From an uncultured archaeon (GTDB lineage: Archaea > Altiarchaeota > Altiarchaeia > IMC4 > SCGC-AAA252-I15), in contig CABMCB010000038.1 in assembly GCA_902384455.1 (NCBI GenBank), positions 1-36,660 on the forward strand: DNA of 36,660 nt, written 5' to 3'. This document shows positions 19,083-26,058 of the stretch, in pieces. A program made the translations under genes and the position numbers. The notes beneath the pieces were generated by a model that worked only from the letters and a program-made list of their open reading frames with translations, made no database searches and had not been told where the DNA came from. Each line of letters opens with the position of its first letter. Position 1 is the stretch's first letter.

Positions 19083-19448
19083 CCTGCGACTGAATGTTCT
19101 CTCGCGATGACAGTTAGCGCAAACAACGTCGCACTTTTCTGATTCTTCTTTAATCGACTCAAAACTTCTCAGATGACAAGTCGAACAAGACAACTCAAAC
19201 TTTTTCTTTCCTCGGACATGGTCAAAGTCCATAACATACCAAGGATACTCCGCACCGCAATCAGCGCACGGTTTTGATTTCAAACTTTTAACAAAGTCTC
19301 TTATACCTTTTCTTCGGCGGTCTCTAGACTCGTTGGTGCTACTCGGGTGTGTCTTGTAATAACTTTTCTGATACTCGTTATGACACGACGCGCATTTACT
19401 GCTGTATGGAAGGCGCTCAGTCTCTTGACACGTGCTGCATGGTTTCAT
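19077..19448 (-). CDS. HNH endonuclease (family B)
   Basis: CADCG...MDFDHVRG...CDVVCANCH. Confidence 0.85.
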   Translation of the reverse strand: MKPCSTCQETERLPYSSKCASCHNEYQKSYYKTHPSSTNESRDRRRKGIRDFVKSLKSKPCADCGAEYPWYVMDFDHVRGKKKFELSCSTCHLRSFESIKEESEKCDVVCANCHRERTFSRRG

Positions 19449-19524
19449 TTTACTCTCCTATAAGGGCGGCAGGGAGAGTATAGGCTCTCCCCGCCTAGTT
19501 CGGGTTATAAAGCCGAACTTAAAC

Positions 19525-19599
19525 TGGTTGGGCAAGAACGATTCGAACGTTCATCGAGCGGATTCAAAGTCCGACGTGTTACCGTTACACTATCGCCCA
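19525..19599 (-). tRNA. tRNA-Gln(TTG)
   Basis: CGGA-CTTTGAA-TCCG, CCA. Confidence 0.88.
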
Positions 19600-19608
19600 A
19601 CAGAAAAT

Positions 19609-19721
19609 TGGTCCCCGCCGTCGAATCGAGTAATGTACGCCTGTCGTTTCAAGACAGCGCTCTACCGGCGAACTAGCGATGGATGGAGGAACGCCGCATC
19701 CTACCATTGGACGACATCCCA
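19609..19721 (-). pseudogene. Composite degenerate tRNA fragments (Gln-like 5' half, CCTCCA end, decayed GAA tRNA)
   Basis: TGGGATGTCGTCCAATGGTAGGATG, then CTGTC-TTGAAAC-GACAG and a terminal ACCA; T arm disrupted. Confidence 0.55.
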
Positions 19722-19730
19722 ACAGAAATT

Positions 19731-19949
19731 TTACTGCGGCAGAGGAGACTTTTGGAGATACCCGGCCACGAAAATTACGCCGGATGCCGCCGCCCCAACC
19801 GCCGTGATATATAATACGTGATGAAAACCCAATCCCGGCTTTAAGTTAAACGACTCAGGAGAAATTCCAATAGCCGCGAAAGCGTTTATCACACCACCGG
19901 CCATTCCTGAAATCGCGGAGGCTAGCAATCCCTTTGTCCACTTATTCAT
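19731..19949 (-). CDS. Small membrane protein, holin-like
   Basis: Two TM-like segments, C-terminal YLQKSPLP. Confidence 0.6.
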   Translation of the reverse strand: MNKWTKGLLASAISGMAGGVINAFAAIGISPESFNLKPGLGFHHVLYITAVGAAASGVIFVAGYLQKSPLPQ

Positions 19950-20302
19950 GATAGCAGATTCACCGGTGGCAAGCCTAAATCGGCTCGCTCTAAATTTACA
20001 ATCTTCATCGCCCGGGCTAGGTCACCTGCTTCCGCTTTCAGTCCGTGAAGAGACTGAACAGCGTCGAGCCACCAGCACATGAATTGAGCGAATTTACGCC
20101 ACGCAAACCACTCATATCCCTTGGAACGAAACCAGCGACTACTTCTCGCGGACATTGTCTCGTCGAGGTTGCCGTAAGTCAAGACGTTCAGAAACTGGTC
20201 AAGACCGCACAACACGCGCTGCACATAGTTATGTGTTAACGCCTTTTGTCCCCACGCAATCACTTGAGGTTGGTCAGGATTCGAGAGCGGTGTTAAGCCC
20301 AT
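19946..20302 (-). CDS. Hypothetical phage protein (DQxxN...DETxSAR motif)
   Basis: 118-aa ORF coupled to the downstream membrane protein. Confidence 0.65.
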   Translation of the reverse strand: MGLTPLSNPDQPQVIAWGQKALTHNYVQRVLCGLDQFLNVLTYGNLDETMSARSSRWFRSKGYEWFAWRKFAQFMCWWLDAVQSLHGLKAEAGDLARAMKIVNLERADLGLPPVNLLS

Positions 20303-20307
20303 AAAAT

Positions 20308-20381
20308 TGGTCCTTCCCCACCGAGTCGAGCGGTGACGGCCTGTGTTTCAAACAGGAATGCAACCCCTACATCAAAGAAGG
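20308..20381 (-). tRNA. tRNA-Phe(GAA), atypical
   Basis: CCTGT-TTGAAAC-ACAGG; T loop CTCGACT; CCA. Confidence 0.7.
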
Positions 20382-20382
20382 A

Positions 20383-20469
20383 TGGAGGAAGAGAACTGAG
20401 TTGAACAGTCACCCCTTTCAGGATGGCACGGTGTTCGAAACCGTTTGCAGACCGTCTGCGCTGTCTTCC
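20383..20469 (-). tRNA. tRNA-Ser(CGA), atypical (Sec/allo-tRNA-like fold)
   Basis: ACGGT-TTCGAAC-ACCGT, long variable arm, compact D arm GCAG-ACGGT-CTGC, CCA. Confidence 0.7.
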
Positions 20470-20933
20470 GAAACTTTACCTCTGATACGGTCTTTATATT
20501 CTTTCTCGTGTTCTTTACAATCGCGACGAAGACCGTTCCAGTTACTTGCGTTTTTAGAAAATTTCTCAGCGGGGAGAAACTTCTTATGCGAACGACACCG
20601 TGCCGCTCCTTGCGGCGGTGTGATGCGCTTAATATCAGGCTTGCCCGTTTGTGGGCGTCTGGCCGCCGCACAGTTACATGAAAGGTGCGAAAAAGCGACG
20701 TTGCTTAAATCCCAGAATAACGAAACATCCACATTTTCCCACGGCTCTTTGTGCTCGATGCTTAATTTGTCTGCTGATTCAATCTCTAACTCACAACGAT
20801 AGCAAACATTTTCATCGTGACGTTTAAGCACATCAAATAGAACCAGTTTTCTGAGTCTGTTTGCGGCGGTGCCTCTCGGCATACCGAGCTGGACGGACAT
20901 ATTTCTGTGTCTGTCTATTTCGTGTTTCTTCAT
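20418..20933 (-). CDS. HNH endonuclease (family A)
   Basis: LGMPRGTAANRLRK...CYRC...LSIEHKEPW...NVAFSHLSCN. Confidence 0.82.
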   Translation of the reverse strand: MKKHEIDRHRNMSVQLGMPRGTAANRLRKLVLFDVLKRHDENVCYRCELEIESADKLSIEHKEPWENVDVSLFWDLSNVAFSHLSCNCAAARRPQTGKPDIKRITPPQGAARCRSHKKFLPAEKFSKNASNWNGLRRDCKEHEKEYKDRIRGKVSEDSADGLQTVSNTVPS

Positions 20934-20975
20934 GAGCCGTCCTTTGGGCCTACAGCCTCTGACGCGCCTTAAAAT

Positions 20976-21063
20976 TGGAGGATAAAGTAGGATTCGAACC
21001 CACGAAACCTTTCGGTTTACTCGTTTTCAAGACGAGGGCAATAATCCGCTCTGCCATTTATCC
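20976..21063 (-). tRNA. tRNA-Ser(TGA)
   Basis: CTCGT-CTTGAAA-ACGAG, long variable arm, CCA. Confidence 0.92.
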
Positions 21064-21107
21064 TTTGAAGATTGGCGGAAGCTGCTGGGTGCCGCTGCCT
21101 TCCGTAA

Positions 21108-22007
21108 TTATATAACCGTTAAAGCGTACGTGACGCTGTATGTCGGCGAATTAGCAGTAGCAATCGTTATCGTTATCGCCGAGCTAGCGACCACGTTCAA
21201 AAGAAAATCAAAAGTCGATGCGGTTGCTGTCGTAGCTACTGAGAACGTAGCCGATGTCTGGGTCGTGGCTCCAACAGGGCTCGTATAACCAGCCGTCACC
21301 GTTACTGTTCCGCCAGCGTTCGCTTGCGTCGCTTTCACAGAACCTTCGAAGCGATAACGTCCCGCTCCCGCATAACCGGACGCATTGGTATTCAAAATTG
21401 TGATAGGACCCACATTACCGGTTATGGTGCTGCCACCGGCTACTATCGTCCCTTGAAGACCACCGACTGCGAACGTTTGCCCGCCGTATCTAGTTACTAG
21501 TCCGGTGTTGGGAGAAAATCTCGTGGAGATGGCCAGCGGGCGTCCGTTGACCGTACTCGGAGGAATGCAGGTTTCCCCTGTGGTGTAGTCTGTCGTGATG
21601 CCGCCACCCGCCGAGCCGTATATCGAAACATGACCGTCAACATCTAATGTCAAGCTAGACGACAAAACGCCGAGTGAGTATGTGTCCCAGTGAAACTCTC
21701 CGTCGGTATTTTCATAGCCCACGGTGTATGTGTTCGATGGAGCAGAAGCGTTTTGAAAATACAAACATCCGGCTGCTGTTCCGTCCGCACGAACGAATTT
21801 ATAAACGCCGTTCTGTGTGCCGGGTAAAAAATTAAACGTTGTGCCGGGACCGCCGGTTGGAATAATGCCTGCCGCAAGACCACCTTGTAGTTGGGCATTA
21901 GCGTCAATCCAACCTACTACTGCGCCGCCCTCGGCCTGAATTTGTAACACGTCTTGGCCTGTTGTTTGCCACACCGATGCCGGGTTCTTTGATGGCGCTG
22001 TAGTCAT
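21108..22007 (-). CDS. Putative fibre/virion surface protein inside the tRNA array
   Basis: Thr/Gly-rich; N-terminus similar to that of the 2137 ORF. Confidence 0.65.
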   Translation of the reverse strand: MTTAPSKNPASVWQTTGQDVLQIQAEGGAVVGWIDANAQLQGGLAAGIIPTGGPGTTFNFLPGTQNGVYKFVRADGTAAGCLYFQNASAPSNTYTVGYENTDGEFHWDTYSLGVLSSSLTLDVDGHVSIYGSAGGGITTDYTTGETCIPPSTVNGRPLAISTRFSPNTGLVTRYGGQTFAVGGLQGTIVAGGSTITGNVGPITILNTNASGYAGAGRYRFEGSVKATQANAGGTVTVTAGYTSPVGATTQTSATFSVATTATASTFDFLLNVVASSAITITIATANSPTYSVTYALTVI

Positions 22008-22094
22008 AAACCACACCTAATCTGTTCTTAACCGCTACTTAAGTCCGGCGGCTCGGACACTCTGTGTTACCTCTCAGGGCATTTGTATTAAACT

Positions 22095-22184
22095 TGGCGG
22101 AGGATGCAGGATTTGAACCTGCACAACCTTTCGGTTGGCTGCCGCTTAGCAAGCGGACACAATGCCGGGTTCTGTCAACCCTCC
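22095..22184 (-). tRNA. tRNA-Ser(GCT)
   Basis: CCGC-TTGCTAA-GCGG, long variable arm, GCCA. Confidence 0.9.
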
Positions 22185-22192
22185 GCATAAAT

Positions 22193-22266
22193 TGGCAGGA
22201 CGCGGAGGAATCGAACCCCCACCACTCGATTTGGAGGCGAGCAGACTACCACTATCCTAGCGACCT
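22193..22266 (-). tRNA. tRNA-Trp(CCA)
   Basis: Loop CTCCAAA, GCCA end. Confidence 0.88.
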
Positions 22267-22276
22267 GTAGAAACTT

Positions 22277-22408
22277 ATCGACCGCATTCACCGTGATGAC
22301 GCCCCCGAGTTTTCGAGACTCGGTGCGGGAGTCGAACCCGCTGTTGTCGATTTCGTCGGACGCGTGGCTAGCCGTGTCATAGCCCTTTGGACTCGCGTTG
22401 ACCGATGA
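22277..22408 (-). ncRNA. Circularly permuted tRNA-like RNA (YrlA-like topology)
   Basis: Order is T arm GCGGG-TTCGACT-CCCGC, loop-closed acceptor-like stem CCGAGT/ACTCGG, D-like arm; closed by ATCGAC/GTCGAT. Confidence 0.65.
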
Positions 22409-22412
22409 AGAT

Positions 22413-22500
22413 TGGTGCGTTGACAAGGACTCGAACCTTGGAAGTCCACAAGGGACAGTTGGTTTACAGCCAACGGCAATTGCCGCTATGCGACCAACGC
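22413..22500 (-). tRNA. tRNA-Tyr(GTA)
   Basis: GTTGG-CTGTAAA-CCAAC, long variable arm, CCA. Confidence 0.92.
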
Positions 22501-22509
22501 ACTGAAACT

Positions 22510-22583
22510 TGGAGCGGTGTGCGATAATCGAAATCGCGCCCGTGCCTTGGCAAGGCACCGTTCTACCACTAAACTAACGCCGC
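22510..22583 (-). tRNA. tRNA-Gly(GCC)
   Basis: GTGCC-TTGCCAA-GGCAC, TCCA. Confidence 0.9.
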
Positions 22584-22591
22584 TCAGAACT

Positions 22592-22665
22592 TGGAGCCAA
22601 ACGTGTAAATTGAACACGCCCTTGCGGTTTACGAAACCGCTGTCATACCACTAGACCATCAGGGC
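22592..22665 (-). tRNA. tRNA-Thr(CGT), mispaired acceptor and T stems (possible pseudogene)
   Basis: GCGGT-TTCGTAA-ACCGC; 3' part nearly identical to the 22887 copy. Confidence 0.6.
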
Positions 22666-22874
22666 TTATTAACGCCCGCCGGATTGACCGTGTGCTGCAA
22701 TCTTCCGATAACCTTGTTGAACATGGAGTCGCGCCTATCCTCGACGTCCGGGCTCGTATATCCTTCCGGCACCCGGCTGCCAAAACTTTTTGGCTCGTCG
22801 ATGCCCTCAATGACAATACGACTTTTATTCCTAGCATCGTATGCCTGTTTGTATGACGGCTTTTCGTTTGGCAT
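22659..22874 (-). CDS. Small hypothetical protein
   Basis: GAGG RBS; lies between the two Thr(CGT) copies. Confidence 0.55.
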   Translation of the reverse strand: MPNEKPSYKQAYDARNKSRIVIEGIDEPKSFGSRVPEGYTSPDVEDRRDSMFNKVIGRLQHTVNPAGVNKP

Positions 22875-22886
22875 ATAACCTCAAAA

Positions 22887-22960
22887 TGGAGCCAAACGCG
22901 TGAATTGAACACGCCCTTGCGGTTTACGAAACCGCCGTCCTACCGCTAGACGAGTAAGGC
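22887..22960 (-). tRNA. tRNA-Thr(CGT)
   Basis: Same anticodon arm; two U.U mismatches in the acceptor stem. Confidence 0.7.
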
Positions 22961-23394
22961 TTAGACTCAAAATATCTTTCTTTATAGAGTTTCATCTGTT
23001 GACGGCAAGACTTTCTTAGCCCATTCCATCTGGCTGCGTCTTTGCTAAAATCGCTTTCAGGATGAAACCTCTTACAAGAAGTACACCAAGACAGCCCCTG
23101 CTCTCCGATAATACGCTTGGGTTCGCCACCGCGTCTTATGTGGGGCACATTACACTTCGTGTGGGAAAATGCGATGTTCTCCAAATCCCAGAATAGTGAC
23201 GTCTCTCGATTCTCCCACGGCTGTTTATGCTCGATGCTCAAATCGTCGTCTGTTTCGACCGCGCTTCCACACTTAAAACAAACGTTTTCTTTTAATCGAA
23301 CAAGCAGACTAAACAGAATCTTCTTGCGAAGTTTTCCTGCTGCTGCTCCGTGGGACATACCTAGTTGTTGCGCGATTCGTTCACTTCTACTCAT
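22924..23394 (-). CDS. HNH endonuclease (family A)
   Basis: LGMSHGAAAGKLRK...CFKC...LSIEHKQPW...NIAFSHTKCN. Confidence 0.82.
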   Translation of the reverse strand: MSRSERIAQQLGMSHGAAAGKLRKKILFSLLVRLKENVCFKCGSAVETDDDLSIEHKQPWENRETSLFWDLENIAFSHTKCNVPHIRRGGEPKRIIGEQGLSWCTSCKRFHPESDFSKDAARWNGLRKSCRQQMKLYKERYFESKPYSSSGRTAVS

Positions 23395-23437
23395 AGCCGT
23401 TGTCTTCCTTGGACGTTAGCACATGAATTTGAAAAAT

Positions 23438-23511
23438 TGGAGCCGCGTGTCCGAATCGAGCGGACGCCCGAGAGGTACAAGCTCTCTGTTCTACCATTAA
23501 ACTAACCCGGC
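23438..23511 (-). tRNA. tRNA-Thr(TGT)
   Basis: GAGAG-CTTGTAC-CTCTC; T loop CTCGATT. Confidence 0.85.
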
Positions 23512-23520
23512 TAAAAGTAT

Positions 23521-23612
23521 TAGGCTCACTCACCCGCCGTTGCTAGCCGGGCGGGGCTTCGGTGAACATGCGCCCCAGCCTAGCCGCTGAGATGTTCTCT
23601 CCGTAGAGCCTA
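23521..23612 (-). ncRNA. Unassigned structured RNA
   Basis: Closing stem TAGGCTC/GAGCCTA, three internal hairpins, loop complementarity GAACAT/ATGTTC. Confidence 0.5.
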
Positions 23613-23616
23613 AAAT

Positions 23617-23691
23617 TGGTGGACAAGGGCGGTTATGCTCCGCCGACCTTCGGGTGCAGGCCGAAAATTTTCCTAATTAAACTACTCGCCC
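23617..23691 (-). tRNA. tRNA-Ala(TGC), atypical
   Basis: G3.U70 pair; TTCGG-CCTGCAC-CCGAA; T loop AGCATAA. Confidence 0.75.
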
Positions 23692-23988
23692 AAAATGAAA
23701 TTTACGATGACAGTTAGCACAAAGGATTTCGCACTTTGCTATTTCCTCTTTGATGCGCTCCAATCCAAAACCTCTGGCTGCCATTATACCCAACACTTCA
23801 AACTTCTGTGAAGGGTCTTTATGGTGAAAATCCAAACAGCAGGGTGTTGACTCTCCGCACTTACACGGGTGAGTAGCCTTGTATTCTTGCACAAATACTC
23901 GGTTCCTCAACTTACGGGATTTCTTATCTGCTATTCTTGCTACTCTATTCTTTATATAATGCTTTCTGCTGTTTTCCGATTGACTCAT
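23677..23988 (-). CDS. HNH endonuclease (family B)
   Basis: CKCGE...LDFHHKDP...CEILCANCH. Confidence 0.85.
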   Translation of the reverse strand: MSQSENSRKHYIKNRVARIADKKSRKLRNRVFVQEYKATHPCKCGESTPCCLDFHHKDPSQKFEVLGIMAARGFGLERIKEEIAKCEILCANCHRKFHFGRVV

Positions 23989-24064
23989 ATTCCCTCCAAG
24001 GAGGGCTATTAAGTAAAACGGGAGTGTGGTCCACCACTCGGTTTATGTCCGAGAACTCAAAATC

Positions 24065-24164
24065 TTTGAAGTCATTCACACGTTACCTTTCACGCTACGT
24101 GTGCTTGCCAGATGTCGGATGCGAAGGTGAAAGTGTTCGCGCTTCCGTGAATGGTGACTTCAAA
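24065..24164 (-). ncRNA. Unassigned rod-shaped RNA
   Basis: TTTGAAGT/ACTTCAAA, CATTCAC/GTGAATG, CTTTCAC/GTGAAAG nested helices. Confidence 0.5.
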
Positions 24165-24166
24165 CT

Positions 24167-24241
24167 TGGTAGCCAATCAGGGACTCGAACCCGTGATTTC
24201 ACGTTAATCAGACGTGCGTCCTGCCATTGGACGAATCGGCT
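24167..24241 (-). tRNA. tRNA-Ile(GAT)
   Basis: CACGT-CTGATTA-ACGTG (T37), CCA. Confidence 0.85.
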
Positions 24242-24308
24242 CTTGATAACACCGGAGTCCGCTTTACGAAAGCGGCATCATAACCACTAATTCAACAAGG
24301 CTTAAAAC

Positions 24309-24382
24309 TGGAGCGGCGTCACGGACTCGAACCGAGACGAAGAGTTTGGAAAACTCCAATGCTACCATTACATCAACACCGC
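24309..24382 (-). tRNA. tRNA-Gly(TCC)
   Basis: GGAGT-TTTCCAA-ACTCT, TCCA. Confidence 0.9.
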
Positions 24383-24389
24383 TCAAAAT

Positions 24390-24462
24390 TGGTTCAGGAG
24401 GTGCGAGTTGAGCGCACGGAGGTCGGCTTATGAGACCGACTTGAATACCCATTCTCCCCTGA
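24390..24462 (-). tRNA. tRNA with CAT anticodon (Met/fMet/Ile2 unresolved), atypical
   Basis: GTCGGT-CTCATAA-GCCGAC, very short D arm, T loop CTCAACT, CCA. Confidence 0.7.
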
Positions 24463-24934
24463 ATTGAAACTCAATAATTCGATGACAGTTCGAACAAAGC
24501 AAATCACACTTCGCTATCTCCTCCAAGAGACGCTCCCTTCCGAATCGAAAAGAGCCTTGTCCGATGTTGAATGTTTTCTCTTTTCTATCTCGATGATGCC
24601 AATCAAGAGCGAACGGCGGATAAACAATTCCACATCTCTTGCACGGCTTGCCCTCCTTAAAAGAGTTAAGCCACTGCCTGCGTCGTGCGACGCAAGCCTT
24701 CATGTGTGAAAATGCGATGTTATCCAAATCCCAAAACAGTTCAGCCGAGATACCTTCCCACGGCTTAATATGCTCAACACTGAGTTCTTCTACGGTTTCA
24801 ATTTCTAATCCGCATCGAACACAGATGTTTTCTTTATGTTTCTTTAATTGCTGAAACAACAATATCTTTCGTAATCTGTGTGACGCCGTGCCGATAGGCA
24901 TTCCTAACGTCTCTATGCCTTTTCTATTTGACAT
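24428..24934 (-). CDS. Chimeric double HNH endonuclease (family A N-half, family B C-half)
   Basis: LSVEHIKPW...NIAFSHMKAC followed by CKRCG...LDWHHRD...CSNCH. Confidence 0.8.
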   Translation of the reverse strand: MSNRKGIETLGMPIGTASHRLRKILLFQQLKKHKENICVRCGLEIETVEELSVEHIKPWEGISAELFWDLDNIAFSHMKACVARRRQWLNSFKEGKPCKRCGIVYPPFALDWHHRDRKEKTFNIGQGSFRFGRERLLEEIAKCDLLCSNCHRIIEFQFRGEWVFKSVS

Positions 24935-24971
24935 ACCCTTTGCTCCTTGAGCGTTGAGTAAGATTTAAACT

Positions 24972-25047
24972 TGGTACCCCGTAAGTGAATCGAACACTTC
25001 CTGTCTGGGTGTAGGCCAGATGCATACGACCAGTTTGCTAACAGGGT
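24972..25047 (-). tRNA. tRNA-Val(TAC)
   Basis: TCTGG-CCTACAC-CCAGA (C33), CCA. Confidence 0.82.
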
Positions 25048-25056
25048 ACAGAAAAT

Positions 25057-25131
25057 TGGTGGGCCGCCAGAGGCTCGAACTCTGACTAAAGGCTTAAAAG
25101 GCCCCGCTGCTGCCACTCGCATTCGCAGCCC
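25057..25131 (-). tRNA. tRNA-Lys(TTT)
   Basis: GGGGC-CTTTTAA-GCCTT, CCA. Confidence 0.85.
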
Positions 25132-25140
25132 ACATAAAAT

Positions 25141-25216
25141 TGGTCGTCCGCCTCGGGCTCGAACCGAGACCTTGTCCGTTAAGAGCGGAAAATTCTGCCT
25201 CTCGAAATCGCAGACG
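25141..25216 (-). tRNA. tRNA-Lys(CTT)
   Basis: TCCG-CTCTTAA-CGGA, CCA. Confidence 0.85.
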
Positions 25217-25224
25217 ACATAAAA

Positions 25225-25560
25225 TTTGCTTCGACTATAGCCCGGGTTTTGTCATACGCCTTGCGACGCGAGACAGTCATTCCTCTAAGCCCCCACCCGA
25301 CCTTCGACGTCTTCGACTTGACTCAGGTCCTACTTGGGGTTGCATCCATGTGGAGTTCGCTGACTCGAATGACGCAATCTACGTAAATGTTTACGCGAAT
25401 TGCGTATCAGCCCTTACCCGAACGGTTACCCGCCCCGCAACTTCCACGGCATGTTGTCGATGATGGCCGGAACTTCCTCCCTGCTCACGGCACAGGTTGA
25501 ACTCTTCCTCTCGGGGAGTCAACATACTCCGTGAACACAGCGACTGTCCGTCGAACCAAA
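25225..25560 (-). ncRNA. rnpB: RNase P RNA, divergent and reduced
   Basis: P1 TTTGGTTCGAC/GTCGAAGCAAA, P2 GACAGTC/GACTGTC, CR-I GAGGAAGTTCCGG (25479-25467), AACTCCAC...GCAA, CR-IV TAGAGGAATGACTGTC, CR-V ACAAAACCCGGGCTATA (25252-25236). Confidence 0.88.
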
Positions 25561-25649
25561 ATACGAAGAAGGCTTTCGTTGCCTTCATAAAACGCTAGGG
25601 ATTCTCGTTATGGCCTAGTCCGGTTCAGTTGGATGAACCGACAAGAACT

Positions 25650-25723
25650 TGGAGCACGCGGCTGGAATCGAACCAGCGATGACTGTTTTGCAGACAGTTA
25701 GCTTTCCACTTGCCTACACGCGC
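25650..25723 (-). tRNA. tRNA-Cys(GCA)
   Basis: ACTGT-CTGCAAA-ACAGT, U73, CCA. Confidence 0.92.
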
Positions 25724-25728
25724 AAACT

Positions 25729-25816
25729 TGGTGCGTCACCCCGGATTCGAACCGGGACGGGTTTTACCCCAGCCGGGTTTGAGCCGACCGCGTCTGCCAG
25801 TTCCAGCCAGCAACGC
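25729..25816 (-). tRNA. tRNA-Leu(CAA)
   Basis: GTCGG-CTCAAAC-CCGGC, long variable arm. Confidence 0.9.
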
Positions 25817-25824
25817 ACGAAACT

Positions 25825-25899
25825 TGGAACACCTCGTCGGACTCGAACCGACATGACGAGCTTAGGAAGCTCGCGTCCTCTCCATTGAACGAGAGGTGT
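25825..25899 (-). tRNA. tRNA-Arg(CCT)
   Basis: CGAGC-TTCCTAA-GCTCG. Confidence 0.92.
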
Positions 25900-25903
25900 A
25901 AAT

Positions 25904-25978
25904 TGGGGCACCCACTCGGACTCGAACCGAGATTGACGCGTTCGAAGCGCGTTGTCCTGTCCATTGAACGACAGGTGC
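25904..25978 (-). tRNA. tRNA-Arg(TCG)
   Basis: ACGCG-CTTCGAA-CGCGT. Confidence 0.92.
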
Positions 25979-25983
25979 AAAAC

Positions 25984-26058
25984 TGGTGTTCCATGTGGGA
26001 GTCGAACCCACATCCGAGGTTTCGTAGACCTCTATCCTATCCATTGAACGAACGGAAC
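25984..26058 (-). tRNA. tRNA-Arg(ACG)
   Basis: GAGGT-CTACGAA-ACCTC. Confidence 0.92.

Noticed and set aside
19048-19721. Split or intron-containing tRNA joining the 5' half at ~19720 with the 3' half at 19048
   Set aside because: The anticodon-stem strands are not complementary, no group I core lies between them, and an intact tRNA-Gln intervenes.
20383-20469. tRNA-Sec (selC)
   Set aside because: The anticodon is CGA, not TCA.
23617-23691. tRNA-Cys(GCA) reading
   Set aside because: Stem register centres TGC, and G3.U70 indicates Ala.
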